Under the pieces are notes generated by a model. It saw nothing but the letters and a program-made list of their open reading frames with translations. It did not search any database and was not told the origin of the DNA. DNA of 64,000 bases, from positions 78,522-142,521 of the forward strand of contig NIVC01002056.1 of assembly GCA_002269645.1 (NCBI GenBank), read 5' to 3'. Made by a program: the position numbers and the translations under genes. This stretch comes from Macrostomum lignano (lineage: Eukaryota). Positions 13,707-24,855 of the stretch are shown in pieces (within the stretch, counting starts at the first letter, position 1; each line of letters begins with the position of its first letter).

Positions 13707-14109
13707 TAACAGGTCGTTTATCGGTAGTCTCTGAAGGCCTCTCATGCCAACCACCTTACACGCCTGCTACCCGTCTGCCACGACAGGCAGAAACTTCGAA
13801 GAACTCAGACAAGTCCTTTTCTTAGGTTTGAGCTCAAACTTTACTGAACTCGGCGGTGGAAAACCTCGGCTCTTCGAATTGCATTGTATTTATAATGCTC
13901 GACATTGTGCTCGGGGGCAGTGTTGGGGTGGTGGCGTGATATTTTTCCGCCCCACCCATCTTATTTGCTTTTTTTGCATAGTTAGCTAGCTAGATACACA
14001 GAGGGCACGCATGGTCTGCATGGCTGTTTTAGTGTAGGCAAATGGGTGGGTCTAACATTAAAAATCTATGATAAGTTTGTAATAGCATGTCAGCGTTTTG
14101 AACGCTGAT

Positions 14110-14285
14110 AAAAACTGACATCAAGAGTGACAAAACTGACATCAAGAGTGACAAAACTGACATCAAGAGTGACAAAACTGGCATCAAGAGTGACAAAAAT
14201 GGCACCAAGAGTGGCACAACTGGCATCAAGAGTGACAAAACTGGCATCAAGAGTGACAAAAATGGCATCAATGTGACAAAACAAA
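14110..14285. repeat. 21 bp minisatellite (CATCAAGAGTGACAAAACTGA), right block
   Basis: Same unit and orientation as 13240-13706, separated by about 400 bp of unique sequence. Confidence 0.94.
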
Positions 14286-14529
14286 TATTTGATCAATGTA
14301 ACTTTATTTGATGACAATCTGGCATGACAAGTGTGCATCTAGTGCTTCTTCGATAAATGAGAAGTTTACTACTATGAGTGGCCACAGGATGCTGCTACTC
14401 AGAAAAAATTTTGCAATGACACAAATCGTTAAATTGCGAAAAGGAGCAATAATTTTTTGTGAAAATTATAATTTAATTTTTTCACTATTATATTGCACAA
14501 TTTAAGATACTAATAAAAAGCACTCTACC

Positions 14530-15090
14530 AACCACCCCACTCCGCTAACCACTCCACTCCGTCATAAACCATACTCTGCCAAACACCTCACTCCGTCAAA
14601 CACCCCACTCCGTCAAACACCCCACTCCGTCAAACACCCCACTCCGTCAAACACCCCACTCCGCCAAACACCCCACTCTGCCAAACACCTCACTCCGTCA
14701 AACACCCCACTCCGCTAACCACTCCACTCCGTCATAAACCATACTCTGCCAAACACCTCACTCCGTCAAACACCCCACTCCGTCAAACACCCCACTCCGC
14801 CAAACACCCCACTCCGCCAAACACCCCACTCCGCCAAACACCCCACTCTGCCAAACACCTCACTCCGTCAAACACCCCACTCCGCCAAACACCCCACTCC
14901 GCCAAACACCCCACTCTGCCAAACACCTCACTCCGTCAAACACCCCACTCCGCCAAACACCCCACTCTGCCAAACACCTCACTCCGTCAAACACCCCACT
15001 CCGCCAAACACCCCACTCCGCCAAACACCCCACTCTGCCAAACACCTCACTCCGTCAAACACCCCACTCCGCCAAACACCCCACTCCGCC
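14530..15090. repeat. 17 bp minisatellite (AAACACCCCACTCCGCC)
   Basis: AAACAC recurs at 14581, 14598 and 14615. Confidence 0.95.
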
Positions 15091-15189
15091 AGTCTTACTT
15101 TACTCTAACGAAACAAGTAAAGTAAAACAACTAAAATCACATAACTCTAAGACCAAAGATTCTTTAGAGTCTGCGAGCTGCACCCCCAC

Positions 15190-15318
15190 CTGCAGCTCAA
15201 CTGCGTCGGCTTGAAAGCAATCGAGTCAAAAGTCAGTCTTGCTGGTGTTGATGAGGCTGTCTCGAAGGTCGATCGCTTCGCCGGGCACCAAGCCTCGTTT
15301 TTCCAGGTGCAGGCGCAC
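15190..15318 (-). pseudogene. Isolated alpha-arrestin C-domain exon relic with in-frame stop
   Basis: AG|VRLHLEKRGLVPGEAIDLRDSLINTSKTDF*LDCFQADAVELQ|GT aligns with VRVQLPKRGFVPGEQVRVTGEIANTSGTELESVSLEIYQ of copy A; TGA at 15228-15226. Confidence 0.7.
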
Positions 15319-16004
15319 CTGAATCCTGCCTGAATCCTGAAGTACAGCTGGAATTGCCCAAATTTCAAATGGAAACGAGAATTAATTCGCTCCAACCCAA
15401 CCCTGAGGAGAGATAAAGGATTAGATCGATGCATACTGTACAAACGCGATCATGCGTACATTTTCAAGGCCAAGTGGTGAACACTTTTACGCCTGTCCTT
15501 CTTATGGCTACGTTCAAAGGAGTATATTACTGTACGGGTATATGGATATCTGCGTGCACTTTTTCTATGGGTGAACGAGTGCCCGCAGGGGTTGACCTTG
15601 TATGAAAAGAATGCAGACGAAGTACACAAATTGAACTCAATTGCACTTTTTCAGCACTCGCATTGTTATGCTCTACATCTTTATGACTCCTTTACATGTA
15701 CTTTACTGTACATGTAGGCTAGTATAGAAAGCACTGACTGAGTAGTCTATGCGCTGGGTGAGGAGTGCTCTTACAAGTTTAGCTACATGTACAGTAACTT
15801 CCTCAGCAGAATCTTGCATTGTTTTCTATTGTTTTATATTGTTTTCTAGAACAATTATTGGAAGTACATGTACCGGTATTTCATCAAATTTTAAAGCTGG
15901 CTTCATACATGTAGTTGTGTTTCATGATGCAGAGGCGTATTGAGAAAATTTAATATAGTTGGAGCTGGGGCCTCAATCCAAGAGAGACAAATATAATTAT
16001 ATTT

Positions 16005-16100
16005 CGGTGTCTTGGTTGGTTCCGGCCAGCTCTTGGTTGGCGCCCCCTCAGCTGTATCTTAATAGGCGCCCTGTCTTTTGGTGGGCGCCCCGTCTCTTAG
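16005..16100. repeat. Short degenerate cluster of the GGCGCCCCTGTCTCTTGGT unit
   Basis: About 4-5 decayed copies (e.g. GGCGCCCTGTCTTTTGGTGGGCGCCCCGTCTCTT) matching the array at 62230-62762. Confidence 0.6.
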
Positions 16101-17122
16101 TAGGTACCACAGTGGTATATCACACAGAATGTTCATTCGCCTAATTAAAAACTATGAACGAATTAAAACGCCACGACCCACTCTTGGGTTGAAGAAAGCA
16201 AGTAGCACAAACCATATAGACACTGCAAAAGTAGCTTACATGTATATTTGCTCAATGTTTATTCGTTCATCGCTTGTATAGTTTGACACTGCTGAGTAAA
16301 ACAGTAAGATATAGGAGCCATGTGGCACAGTCGACCAAATGAGAAAGTGCTACGTCATGTACTTCAGGACGAGGATAGAGGCGCGAGAGGGTGTGCCAAG
16401 TGGAGCAACGCTTTGATAAATTTATACGAGTGCGCGTATAGCTAGTATTATTAAATGAATAGTTTATTTTTGTAGATTAGAAATATATTTACAGCAAGCC
16501 ATTTAAGCATACTTTTTTACTAGTATACATATATTCTTAATATTCATTACATTAGCGTTAAAACAAATAATTGCACATTGTTACTTTTCAAAAAAGCAAT
16601 AAATACTTATGGAACATTTGTGACGATAAATTTGAAATTGTTTGCGGCAAGGTATCGGGACGGGTATAATAATTCAACATTTAATTTTACAAGTTTTATA
16701 TTAGTTACGCGACGCTTACCATTGTATTATATTTTATTACGCTCATATATTACAGTGGCTATAACACTTTAAGAAAACTAAGACTTAATTGTCTTAATAG
16801 TTATATGTGCATTACGCTCGTATAACTAAGTGCCTAACAAAAGACAATAACTATATAATAAAAGGGTTTGTAAATAGTTTTAGTATTGTAACAAAACTTA
16901 CATTAAAACAAAGAAAAGTCCATTTAATTTTTATAGCAATGTATGAAATAAAACTATTTGAGTAGCTTAAAAATGTCACACAGTTAAAAAGAGACAAGAG
17001 ACAGAAGCCTTTACATGGAAATTCGCGAATTTATCGAAGTCTCATATGCAAATTGTATATAATCATTTCATAAATTTGAGTTTTTGTCTTCCAAGTTTAG
17101 TTGAAAGTGGTGCGCTAATTTT

Positions 17123-20100
17123 TTAGTCGCCCAGCTTCTTGTTAATGGCTGCAATGAATATTTCAGTCGGATTACATATAAAATTCATCCGATTGCACAA
17201 AACCAAGAAATACCAAAATCTACAGATATCAGCTGGTACGAGTCTCAACAATAAAACAGAGATAAAGCACTATCCCAAGCTGTCCTGACTATAAAGCTGA
17301 TTAAAATATCCCCATAGCCAACTCACAATATTATAAACGCATCGACTCACGATCGTGTACAATCGTAAGTCCTTAACGATTTTCAAGCGTTTAAAGTTAT
17401 TGTGTGCCTTAAAAATAACAGATTTGTTATAGTTTCATATAAAACTTGCTTCTTGCACCAAGCATTACAAGATCAACTATCATTATAGTAAATATTCTAC
17501 AAAGCTCTTTCAAACTTTTTTCATCTTGTCAGTTTAACCAGTAAACTACAAAATATAATAGGGACAAAATATATTTTAAGTTTTTATGCACTTTTCCTTT
17601 AAATTTTAAGTAGGAATTTCCTTGACAAGATCGAGATCGAATATTTATATGCTTTTGTGGTGATTGCTCTCGTGTCCAAATCCAACCAATTCACTTGTTT
17701 CATGGATTAAAGAAACAAAAAATTAATGTATATAATTACCTTCAGCCAGCGGAATAAAAGCGTTAATGTCCACGGGCCATTGCTGGCCGATGGGCACGGT
17801 GCCAATGATCAGCTCGCACAGGTCCTTTTTCACAATAGTAAGAGTTCCTGCTGCTCGAAGCTGTGGCGTTGATTGGTTGGTAGCATGATTGATCGATGGA
17901 TTGTTAAATAATTATTGATTGATTAATTAATCGATTGTGTTAATGGAATGATTTTTAGTTGGCTTATTTATTTTAGTGCCTGCATGATTGATTTTAGAGT
18001 TCATGGCTTGACAGTACAAAGCAAAGTTAACAAAGACTCACTCTGAAAAAGTGGTTCAGGGTTATGTTGGTGCAGCCTTGCAGGTAGCTGCAGTTGACAC
18101 CCCGCACCGGAAGCAGGTGGCTCAGCTGCATAGTCTGACCGGAAGCTAGCGGCGGCAAGCGCACAGTTGACGCTATCCGCCACCTTTGGCGACTTTTTCC
18201 ACTTCCTTGGAATTCGCACAGCTTTCGATGATAAAATTGAAATTAAAACTGAATTAAATACGGCCCACAATACACCAACTCAATCGCAATAAAACTAACT
18301 CCACAGCTCTCTAACCCCACTGCAATAAAACTCTACAGCACACCAACCCCATTGCGATAAAACTCCACAGCTAACCAACCCCACTGCAATAAAATTCCAC
18401 AACTCGCCAACCCCACTGCAATAAAATTCCACAACTCGCCAACCCCACTGCAATAAAATTCCACAGCTCGCCAACCCCACTGCAATAAAATTCCACAACT
18501 CGCCAACCCCATTGCAATAAAATTCCACAGCTCGCCAACCCCACTGCAATAAAACTCCACAGCTAACCAACCCTATTGCAATAAAATTCCACAACTCGCC
18601 AACCCCATTGCAATAAAATTCCACAGCTCGCCAACCCCACTGCAATAAAACTCCACAGCTAACCAACCCCAGTGCAATAAAATTCCACAACTCGCCAACC
18701 CCATTGCGATAAACTTCACAACTCGCCAACCCCATTGCAATAAAACTCCACAGCCCGTATATTTTTTCTAGAACCAACGCAAGAAAGTCTAAGGCAAAAC
18801 ATTTACCTCCGCAATTTCCATGGTAACCAAACTGAAGTCCACACTGCCTGCATTGCGTAGCTCCCCAGTAACTTGGATCTGCTCGCCAACGGCGAATCCG
18901 CGCTTGTTTAGTCGGACTCGAACCTCAGCTTTGCCCATGCCTCGATTAAGAAAAGCGCTACAGGAGACTCTGGTGCGCTCCTGACTCTCGGATTCGTAGG
19001 GAGCAATCAACGATGGCGCAATCACGTTCAAGTCCAAGTCGCGAATTATGATTATCCTTTTAAAGAATCTCTCGTCGACGTCTGCTGTGCGTCGCATTTT
19101 TGCTTTGATCGAGTAGAAAACATTGTTTTGCGAGTCGTACACGAAGCTGGCAGCGATGTTAGCGGGCAGGTCGACAGACAATGGGTAGAAATATTCTCCG
19201 GGTGGATGAAAACTCTGACTTGCATCCGGAGGAGCTAAACGTTGCGAATGGAATATTTTCATATGGTGAGGTGACAGGACACTACAGTTACAAAAAGACA
19301 CTACAGTGACAGAGGGACACTACGGTGACAGAGGGACACTACTGTGACAGAGGGACACTACTGTGACAGATGGACACTACGGTGACAGAGGGACACTACT
19401 GTGACAGAGGGACACTACTGTGACAGAGGGCCACTACTGTGACAGAGGGACACCACTGTGACAGAGGTGACAGATGGACACTACGGTGATATAGGGACAC
19501 TACTGTGACAGAGGGACACTACTGTGACAGAGGGACACTACTGTGACAGAGGGACACCACTGTGACAGAGGTGACAGATGGACACTACGGTGATATAGGG
19601 ACACTACTGTGACAGATGGACACTACTGTGACAGAGGGACACTACTGTGACAGAGGGACACTACTGTGACAGAGGGACACCACTGTGACAGAGGTGACAT
19701 ATGGACACTACGGTGATATAGGGACACTACTGTGACAGATGGACACTACTGTGACAGAGGGACACTACTGTGACAGAGGGACACTACTGTGACAGAGGGA
19801 CACCACTGTGACAGAGGTGACAGATGGACACTACGGTGATATAGGGACACTACTGTGACAGATGGACACTACTGTGACAGAGGGACACTACTGTGACAGA
19901 GGGACACTACTGTGACAGAGGGACACCACTGTGACAGAGGTGACATATGGACACTACGGTAACAGAGGGACGCTACTGGGACAGATAGGCACTAATTTTG
20001 TAAAAAAAACAATGTCAATGAGAAAGGATGACTAAGGCACCACAGCTGAGCAAAAATATTCTCACCAAATACAGGCAGCTGCAATTCCATCATGGTTTCA

Positions 20101-20620
20101 GTCGATGAGTATTTAGATCTTCCCTTGCTCCAGTAGACTTTGGACTTGCCCTTAATTTTCACGACAATATCTGCAAGTGCAAAAGGGTTTTGAGCAACCA
20201 ACTAAAGGTACTAATTTTGGTTTATATTTGTGAAAGTAAACTGAAAGATATATTATTCCTCAAATCATAACAAGACAGTCACTAAGAAGACATTTCTGAG
20301 TGCTGGCAACAGGTCTCCGAGGTTCCGTTACAGATGTCCACTGTCCCAAAGAATACTCTAACTCAGGGCGGTCCTTGGAAACTTCACAATAGCAATCCGC
20401 CCGCTCAATGTTTACATCTCTTCCCACCGCTCTTCTTTCTAATCTTCTCTCTCCTCTCTCCTCTCTTCTCTTCTATTCCCAGTGACTCACTTTCGCACTC
20501 GGTAGGCTGCTGGCAATAAACCCTGACTTTGAGTTGAACTGTCTGACCAGCTCGATAGATGGCGTGCGGATTCGAGTTGGCATCGTCGAAAATAATTTGC
20601 AGAATTTCTGATTCGCTCAT
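17123..20620 (-). CDS. ARRDC: Divergent alpha-arrestin, copy B, 6 coding exons, about 329 aa, no PPxY
   Basis: Exons 20620-20491, 20170-20066, 19234-18807, 18221-18042, 17860-17740 and probable last exon 17148-17123 (AINKKLGD*). Intron positions and phases match copy A. The last exon is inferred from phase and the AT-rich 3' UTR; read-through of exon 5 to a stop at 17723 is the alternative. Confidence 0.82.
18280..18750. repeat. 32 bp minisatellite (CCAACCCCACTGCAATAAAATTCCACAACTCG)
   Basis: CCACTGCA recurs at 18381 and 18413; intron 3 of arrestin B. Confidence 0.95.
19290..19985. repeat. 19 bp minisatellite (CACTACTGTGACAGAGGGA) with a 123 bp higher-order repeat
   Basis: The variant TGTGACAGAGGTG recurs at 19561, 19684, 19807 and 19930; intron 2 of arrestin B. 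Confidence 0.95.
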
Positions 20621-21334
20621 AGCCTCTGCTGTTAGAAGGAAAATTGCTCCGACTGAAATCGTGCTCGGTGAGACTATAGAAATTTCTGACAAAACTTATT
20701 ATTAGTGCTGGGAGGGAGTCGGGACATGCAGGTGGACAGTGAGGAATATATTACAAGGTTTATGCAGGGGACAGCGTACGCTGTGCTGTACACTTCCCTG
20801 GAGAAATTGGGATATGAAAAACAGTGTACAAGCTGGAAATGTATACGAGCCATGTAGCAGGGGCGGCTGGCCCAGATTGTACAATAAGGAGGAATCTTGT
20901 GGGAGCGGCAGCACTGTACAGTGCAGAAGTTTCTCGGGGTTAAGAAAGATGTCGGTGTTAACGGCTATGCAACTACCCGGTAATTGCCGGTAATATGCAA
21001 CTAAGGGATAAATAGATTTATTTTATTTTTAAACAATAGCTAAGCCTTAATTTAAGCAAGTTTAAGTGTGAAACGAAACGGTCTTTGAAACGTTCAAACG
21101 GTAAATAAACATTAAATAAAACGAAGCAAAAGATGGAAAGAGGAGTAGACTCTATAAAGCCTTCCCCATATAGCGCTGGATCTTTTAAGATGCAATTTTA
21201 ATCGCGAACTTGACTTCAACAAAAATGCCTACATTTCTCTTGGCATGTAAGCTGCAGGACAGAAAAAATCAAATTTTCAGCTTTTTAAATCACAAATTTC
21301 AGAGCCATGCGTACAGCTATAGCTATTTAAATCT

Positions 21335-21588
21335 AGGGGGTAGATGAGGGGGTGGAGAGGGGAGAGAGGAGAGAAGTGAGAGGAGAGGGAAGAGGAGAGG
21401 GGAGGGGAGAGGAAAGAGAGTAGAGAGGAGAGAAGAGGAAGGAGAGAGGAGAGGAGAGGGGACAGAAGGAAGAAGAGAGAGAAAGCTGAAAAGAGACACA
21501 AACCTTGAGCGGGTCGGATTGCTATTTTAAAGTTTCAAATTATACGAGGGCCGGATGGAGAGGCTTTGCCGGATTTTGCCGACCCCTG
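21335..21588. mobile_element. AG-rich tract plus the right end of the same hAT/Charlie-like MITE family as 1677-2540
   Basis: GGGCCGGATGGAGAGGCTTTGCCGGATTTTGCCGACCCCTG resembles GGCCCGATAGAGAGGCTCTGGGACCGGGAGTTTGTTGACCCCT at about 2497-2539; left TIR not found. Confidence 0.45.
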
Positions 21589-22632
21589 CCTGTTACATCG
21601 ACTTTAACTTCCGGACATGAAAGTGTGGTATGGAGTTTCAGCAACTCTACACTTAATTATAGTTATTCCCCGCCGTGCTAACGATTAAAGGCTCGTGAAG
21701 CATGTCCGTGTTAATCCGGACATTGTTGCAAGGTTGGTGACAGATCATAGCATATACAATGCATGATGCAACGCACAAGTTCTAGTCGGGCTAGGTTGCT
21801 AGCTACCATTTCAAGCTGACGAGAGCGTTGGGAGCGTCGAGAGCGTCGGGTCGGTACGATTGGGCCAAGCTGCAGTGCCCGTCCACTATCCGCTGCGCCC
21901 AGCGGCGACTTCAACTGGATTCGAGATTCGAGATTCGTGGACGAGATTCGAGCCGAGGGCTACTGCCCCCTGTTCAGGAGGTCCTCCTGCTCACCTTGCA
22001 GGGCCCGTTCAGGCAGGGTCAAGTTCAAACCCGTCGATACGTGCATGGACTGCCTGCTGTGCGACGCTGGGGCGCCCGAGACTGCCAGCGGGGCGGAGCG
22101 GACCTATCGCTCTGTCGTCAGCTTTCTACTCTAATTCGGATAGTGTTAGCAGTAGGGTTAGGTCGGAATTACTTTTTAATAATTATGGGGAGTATATTGC
22201 TGCAAAATCGTTTACTGCTGCCCGCACAACGAGAACTTCACTCAGCTGATTTTCGGCATCAACATGATGTGTGCGTCAGGGCATGACCTGCATAACCACC
22301 CACATTGTCTGCCGCGAGTTTTCAACTATCTTGCCATGAATTTTGTAAAAGAGCTGACTTTTTTACCGGAGTCGGCTTCAGAAACAACAGGCGCCAGATC
22401 GCGAAGCTTCACATTTCATCACTGCGTTCAAGCAGGAATGAGCTACATGTAGCTTCCAATTAATTGCTTGCAAAATATTTCACGGTTCATCAATTTATCA
22501 TTTTTAATCCAGTTTTATCATAATATGAATTTTTTTAAATTTCTCGTCGATAACTTTAACCTTCTATATGCAGTTTGTAGTGACTGGCTGCTAGCTGGTT
22601 ATTCAGCAGCATTCACTAGCTTTCCCTAAGAG

Positions 22633-23592
22633 TGCTGTGATCCGCTGCACAGTAGCTCAGTCCACCTGATCTAGTGAGAGAGATACCCTGTGCTGGGCCT
22701 AAGTGTTTACTGCCCGATGACTCATCGCCTGAGCAGGCGCGGGCAGCCACACTCAATGTCTTCCCACTCGCGCTGAGGAGGCATAGCAGGATGACTCATC
22801 ACCTGCGCGGAGTGAAATGGCTGCCTAGAGGGAAACAGGATGACTCATCCGCCCAAATTCTATTTTTAGCACAAAATAAGCACGTGACTGTGCACGCACG
22901 CTATGCGTGGCCACTGACCTTGGGTCACGCCACTGCCGCGTGACAGGGTTGCCTTATTTTGAAGTTGGCCTTGGATCACGCGTCTCTCGCATGATTCCAT
23001 TGACCAAATAAGGAAGTTTCACGCGCTCACCGCATGAAACTCACGTGACTTTTGGGTGTCCGCTCGGCTATAAATACGGAGCATCTGAGAGCCGTTTCTC
23101 TCCAGATCGTGAGCCGCGTTCGGGAGCCTCCTCGATTGGAGCTGCCTCTGCCTCCGAGCTCTCCTCTCTCATTTCAGGTTTACAGGTTTTCAGGTTCGAG
23201 CAGCATTCTACTAAGACGATCGACTGTCGAGACATTTTTCAGATTTGCCTTTGCTCCGAGCGACTTCGTTATTTTATTTCAGGTGACGGAAAGACAACTC
23301 TGCCGACGCGTCGAGTCCGCACACCAAGGTGGCAGCAACCCTACCAAGTCAAGGCTAACGTTTTAGGTTCATTTTCAGGCAAATCGATAGGTAGTACAAC
23401 GGTGCTATCTAGCTACTTCAGGAGCAGCGGGTTCTATTTCTAGGAACATCTTCAAGAACCCGAGAAGAAGCAAAACAAGTTCTTTATTCAAATTACTTAT
23501 TGAAACTATATAAGTGAGTATTTAGTCAGAATTATTGTGCAAATAGTACACTGGCTCTGTAAGGAATATTGGGGCAGAATTGCGCCTCCACA
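22633..23592 (+). mobile_element. Solo LTR of an LTR retrotransposon, 960 bp
   Basis: Starts TG (22633) and ends CA (23592), flanked by identical 5-bp AAGAG (22628-22632 and 23593-23597). Contains an enhancer cluster and TATAAATA at 23069. No gag/pol and no clear polyA signal seen. Confidence 0.65.
22717..23076 (+). promoter_or_regulatory. Enhancer/promoter cluster: 3x GATGACTCATC (AP-1/GCN4-type), 2x CACGTG E-box, TATA box
   Basis: ATGACTCAT at 22717, 22791 and 22840; CACGTG at 22881 and 23042; TATAAATA at 23069-23076. Confidence 0.6.
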
Positions 23593-23751
23593 AAGAGGTT
23601 CTTATCTATAGGTTCTAGTTATAGAAAAGTCCTTGGCCTAGTTATCCATAAAAATCCTGAATAAAACACTGCTCCCATCATTAAAAGCCTCGCTATACGT
23701 TATCCGCAGATGCCTCAGCTTCCCGCATGCCCGTGCATTGCCCAGCACGTC

Positions 23752-24855
23752 TGTCGCTCAGGAGTCAGGAGTGAGGGAGAGAGACTGACTCCATATATCA
23801 ACTTTATTGAATCCTCTACTTGGCCCTCTGCTGCAATGCCTCGCTGCCTTCAATAAAGTTGCGCGTTAATTTTAGCAATTTGTCTGCATGCTGGTTGAGT
23901 TGAGCCGTTGAGCTTTGGAAGCAACGGAGAGAGGCAGTGGGAGAGCTGGCATATGGTAATGCATGCAGACCAGTCATTGCTGACTTCGCTACTCCAACAG
24001 GATCCTCAAGCCAAAGTGATGTGTTCCTTACTACCAAGACTTTTTAGTAGTCAAGGAACAATCACTTCTAGCTTCTTTGCTATCCAACCCAGTTATCAGA
24101 TAAAGGTACTTCTTACCTTGACTTCGATTGGAGATATCTCTTCAGGAGTTCTCTTGTAGATCTCGCTTGGATCTCTCTTTGATCTCGTAGATCAGGCGCC
24201 TTGGTTCTCCTGTTGCTCTGGTCCTGGTTTTCTTGTACTTCCGATGAAGTGACTTCCGGCCGGTGTCTGCAGTCAGGACCAATCAGAGGCCTCGTATCAA
24301 ACAATGGGTACCCTGCGCCGAATAGCGGTTTCTCCTTAGCCTTCTCCTTCTAGTAGTGCCTCTATGCACTCTAGGTAATGCTCCGGTAATAATAATCCAA
24401 ATTATAAGAAAGTCCTTCGGGCGACTACTGCCAATGGAGTCTCAAATGGACTCAAGAGTCTCAACAGACTCTAACACTATAACAATAGAGAGTCGACTCA
24501 ACAACAACTGGCGCAAATGAGAAAGGCTTACCGCAAGAGCTCGACCGAGTCTCGATTGACTTGGTGATCAGGAAGTCTCGCTAAGGATTTCCTCTTCGGA
24601 GCGCTCCTCTTCCGTGGGGAGAATGGCTCCGGTACCGCTTTGGGCCGCTTGTATTTATAGACGATTTTGCAGGCCAAAAAAAGTAACATGACTCATGGGT
24701 TGCGCTATAATTTGTAACATGACTCTTTGCGGCTATTATTAGAAAGTGATTCATTCCGTTGCTATAAATAGTAACATGATTCATTCTGCTGATATAAATT
24801 GTAACATGATTCATAACATGATTCATCGTTAAAGTTTAGGTGCGCATGCGTGCAC
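23752..24855 (-). mobile_element. Second LTR-like element, converging on the first; 5' boundary uncertain
   Basis: On the minus strand: repeated ATGA(A/G)TCAT, CTATAAATACAAGC, and a 3' end of AATAAAGTTG...CTCCTGAGCGACA (polyA signal then ACA, ending at 23752). No matching TSD found; it could be two nested elements. Confidence 0.42.
24652..24826 (-). promoter_or_regulatory. TATA box preceded by tandem AP-1-like sites
   Basis: TATAAATA on minus at 24659-24652; ATGACTCAT at 24688 and several GTAACATGATTCAT variants upstream; candidate splice donor GCG|GTAAGC at 24532. Confidence 0.5.

Noticed and set aside
13780-13885. Possible decayed arrestin terminal exon (EPRFSTAEFSKV versus PPTYEECMFGRV)
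   Set aside because: Similarity is too short and weak to support.
22576-23710. Older host LTR (TGTAGTGA start, AATAAA at about 23660) interrupted by the solo LTR
   Set aside because: No clean CA end or TSD.
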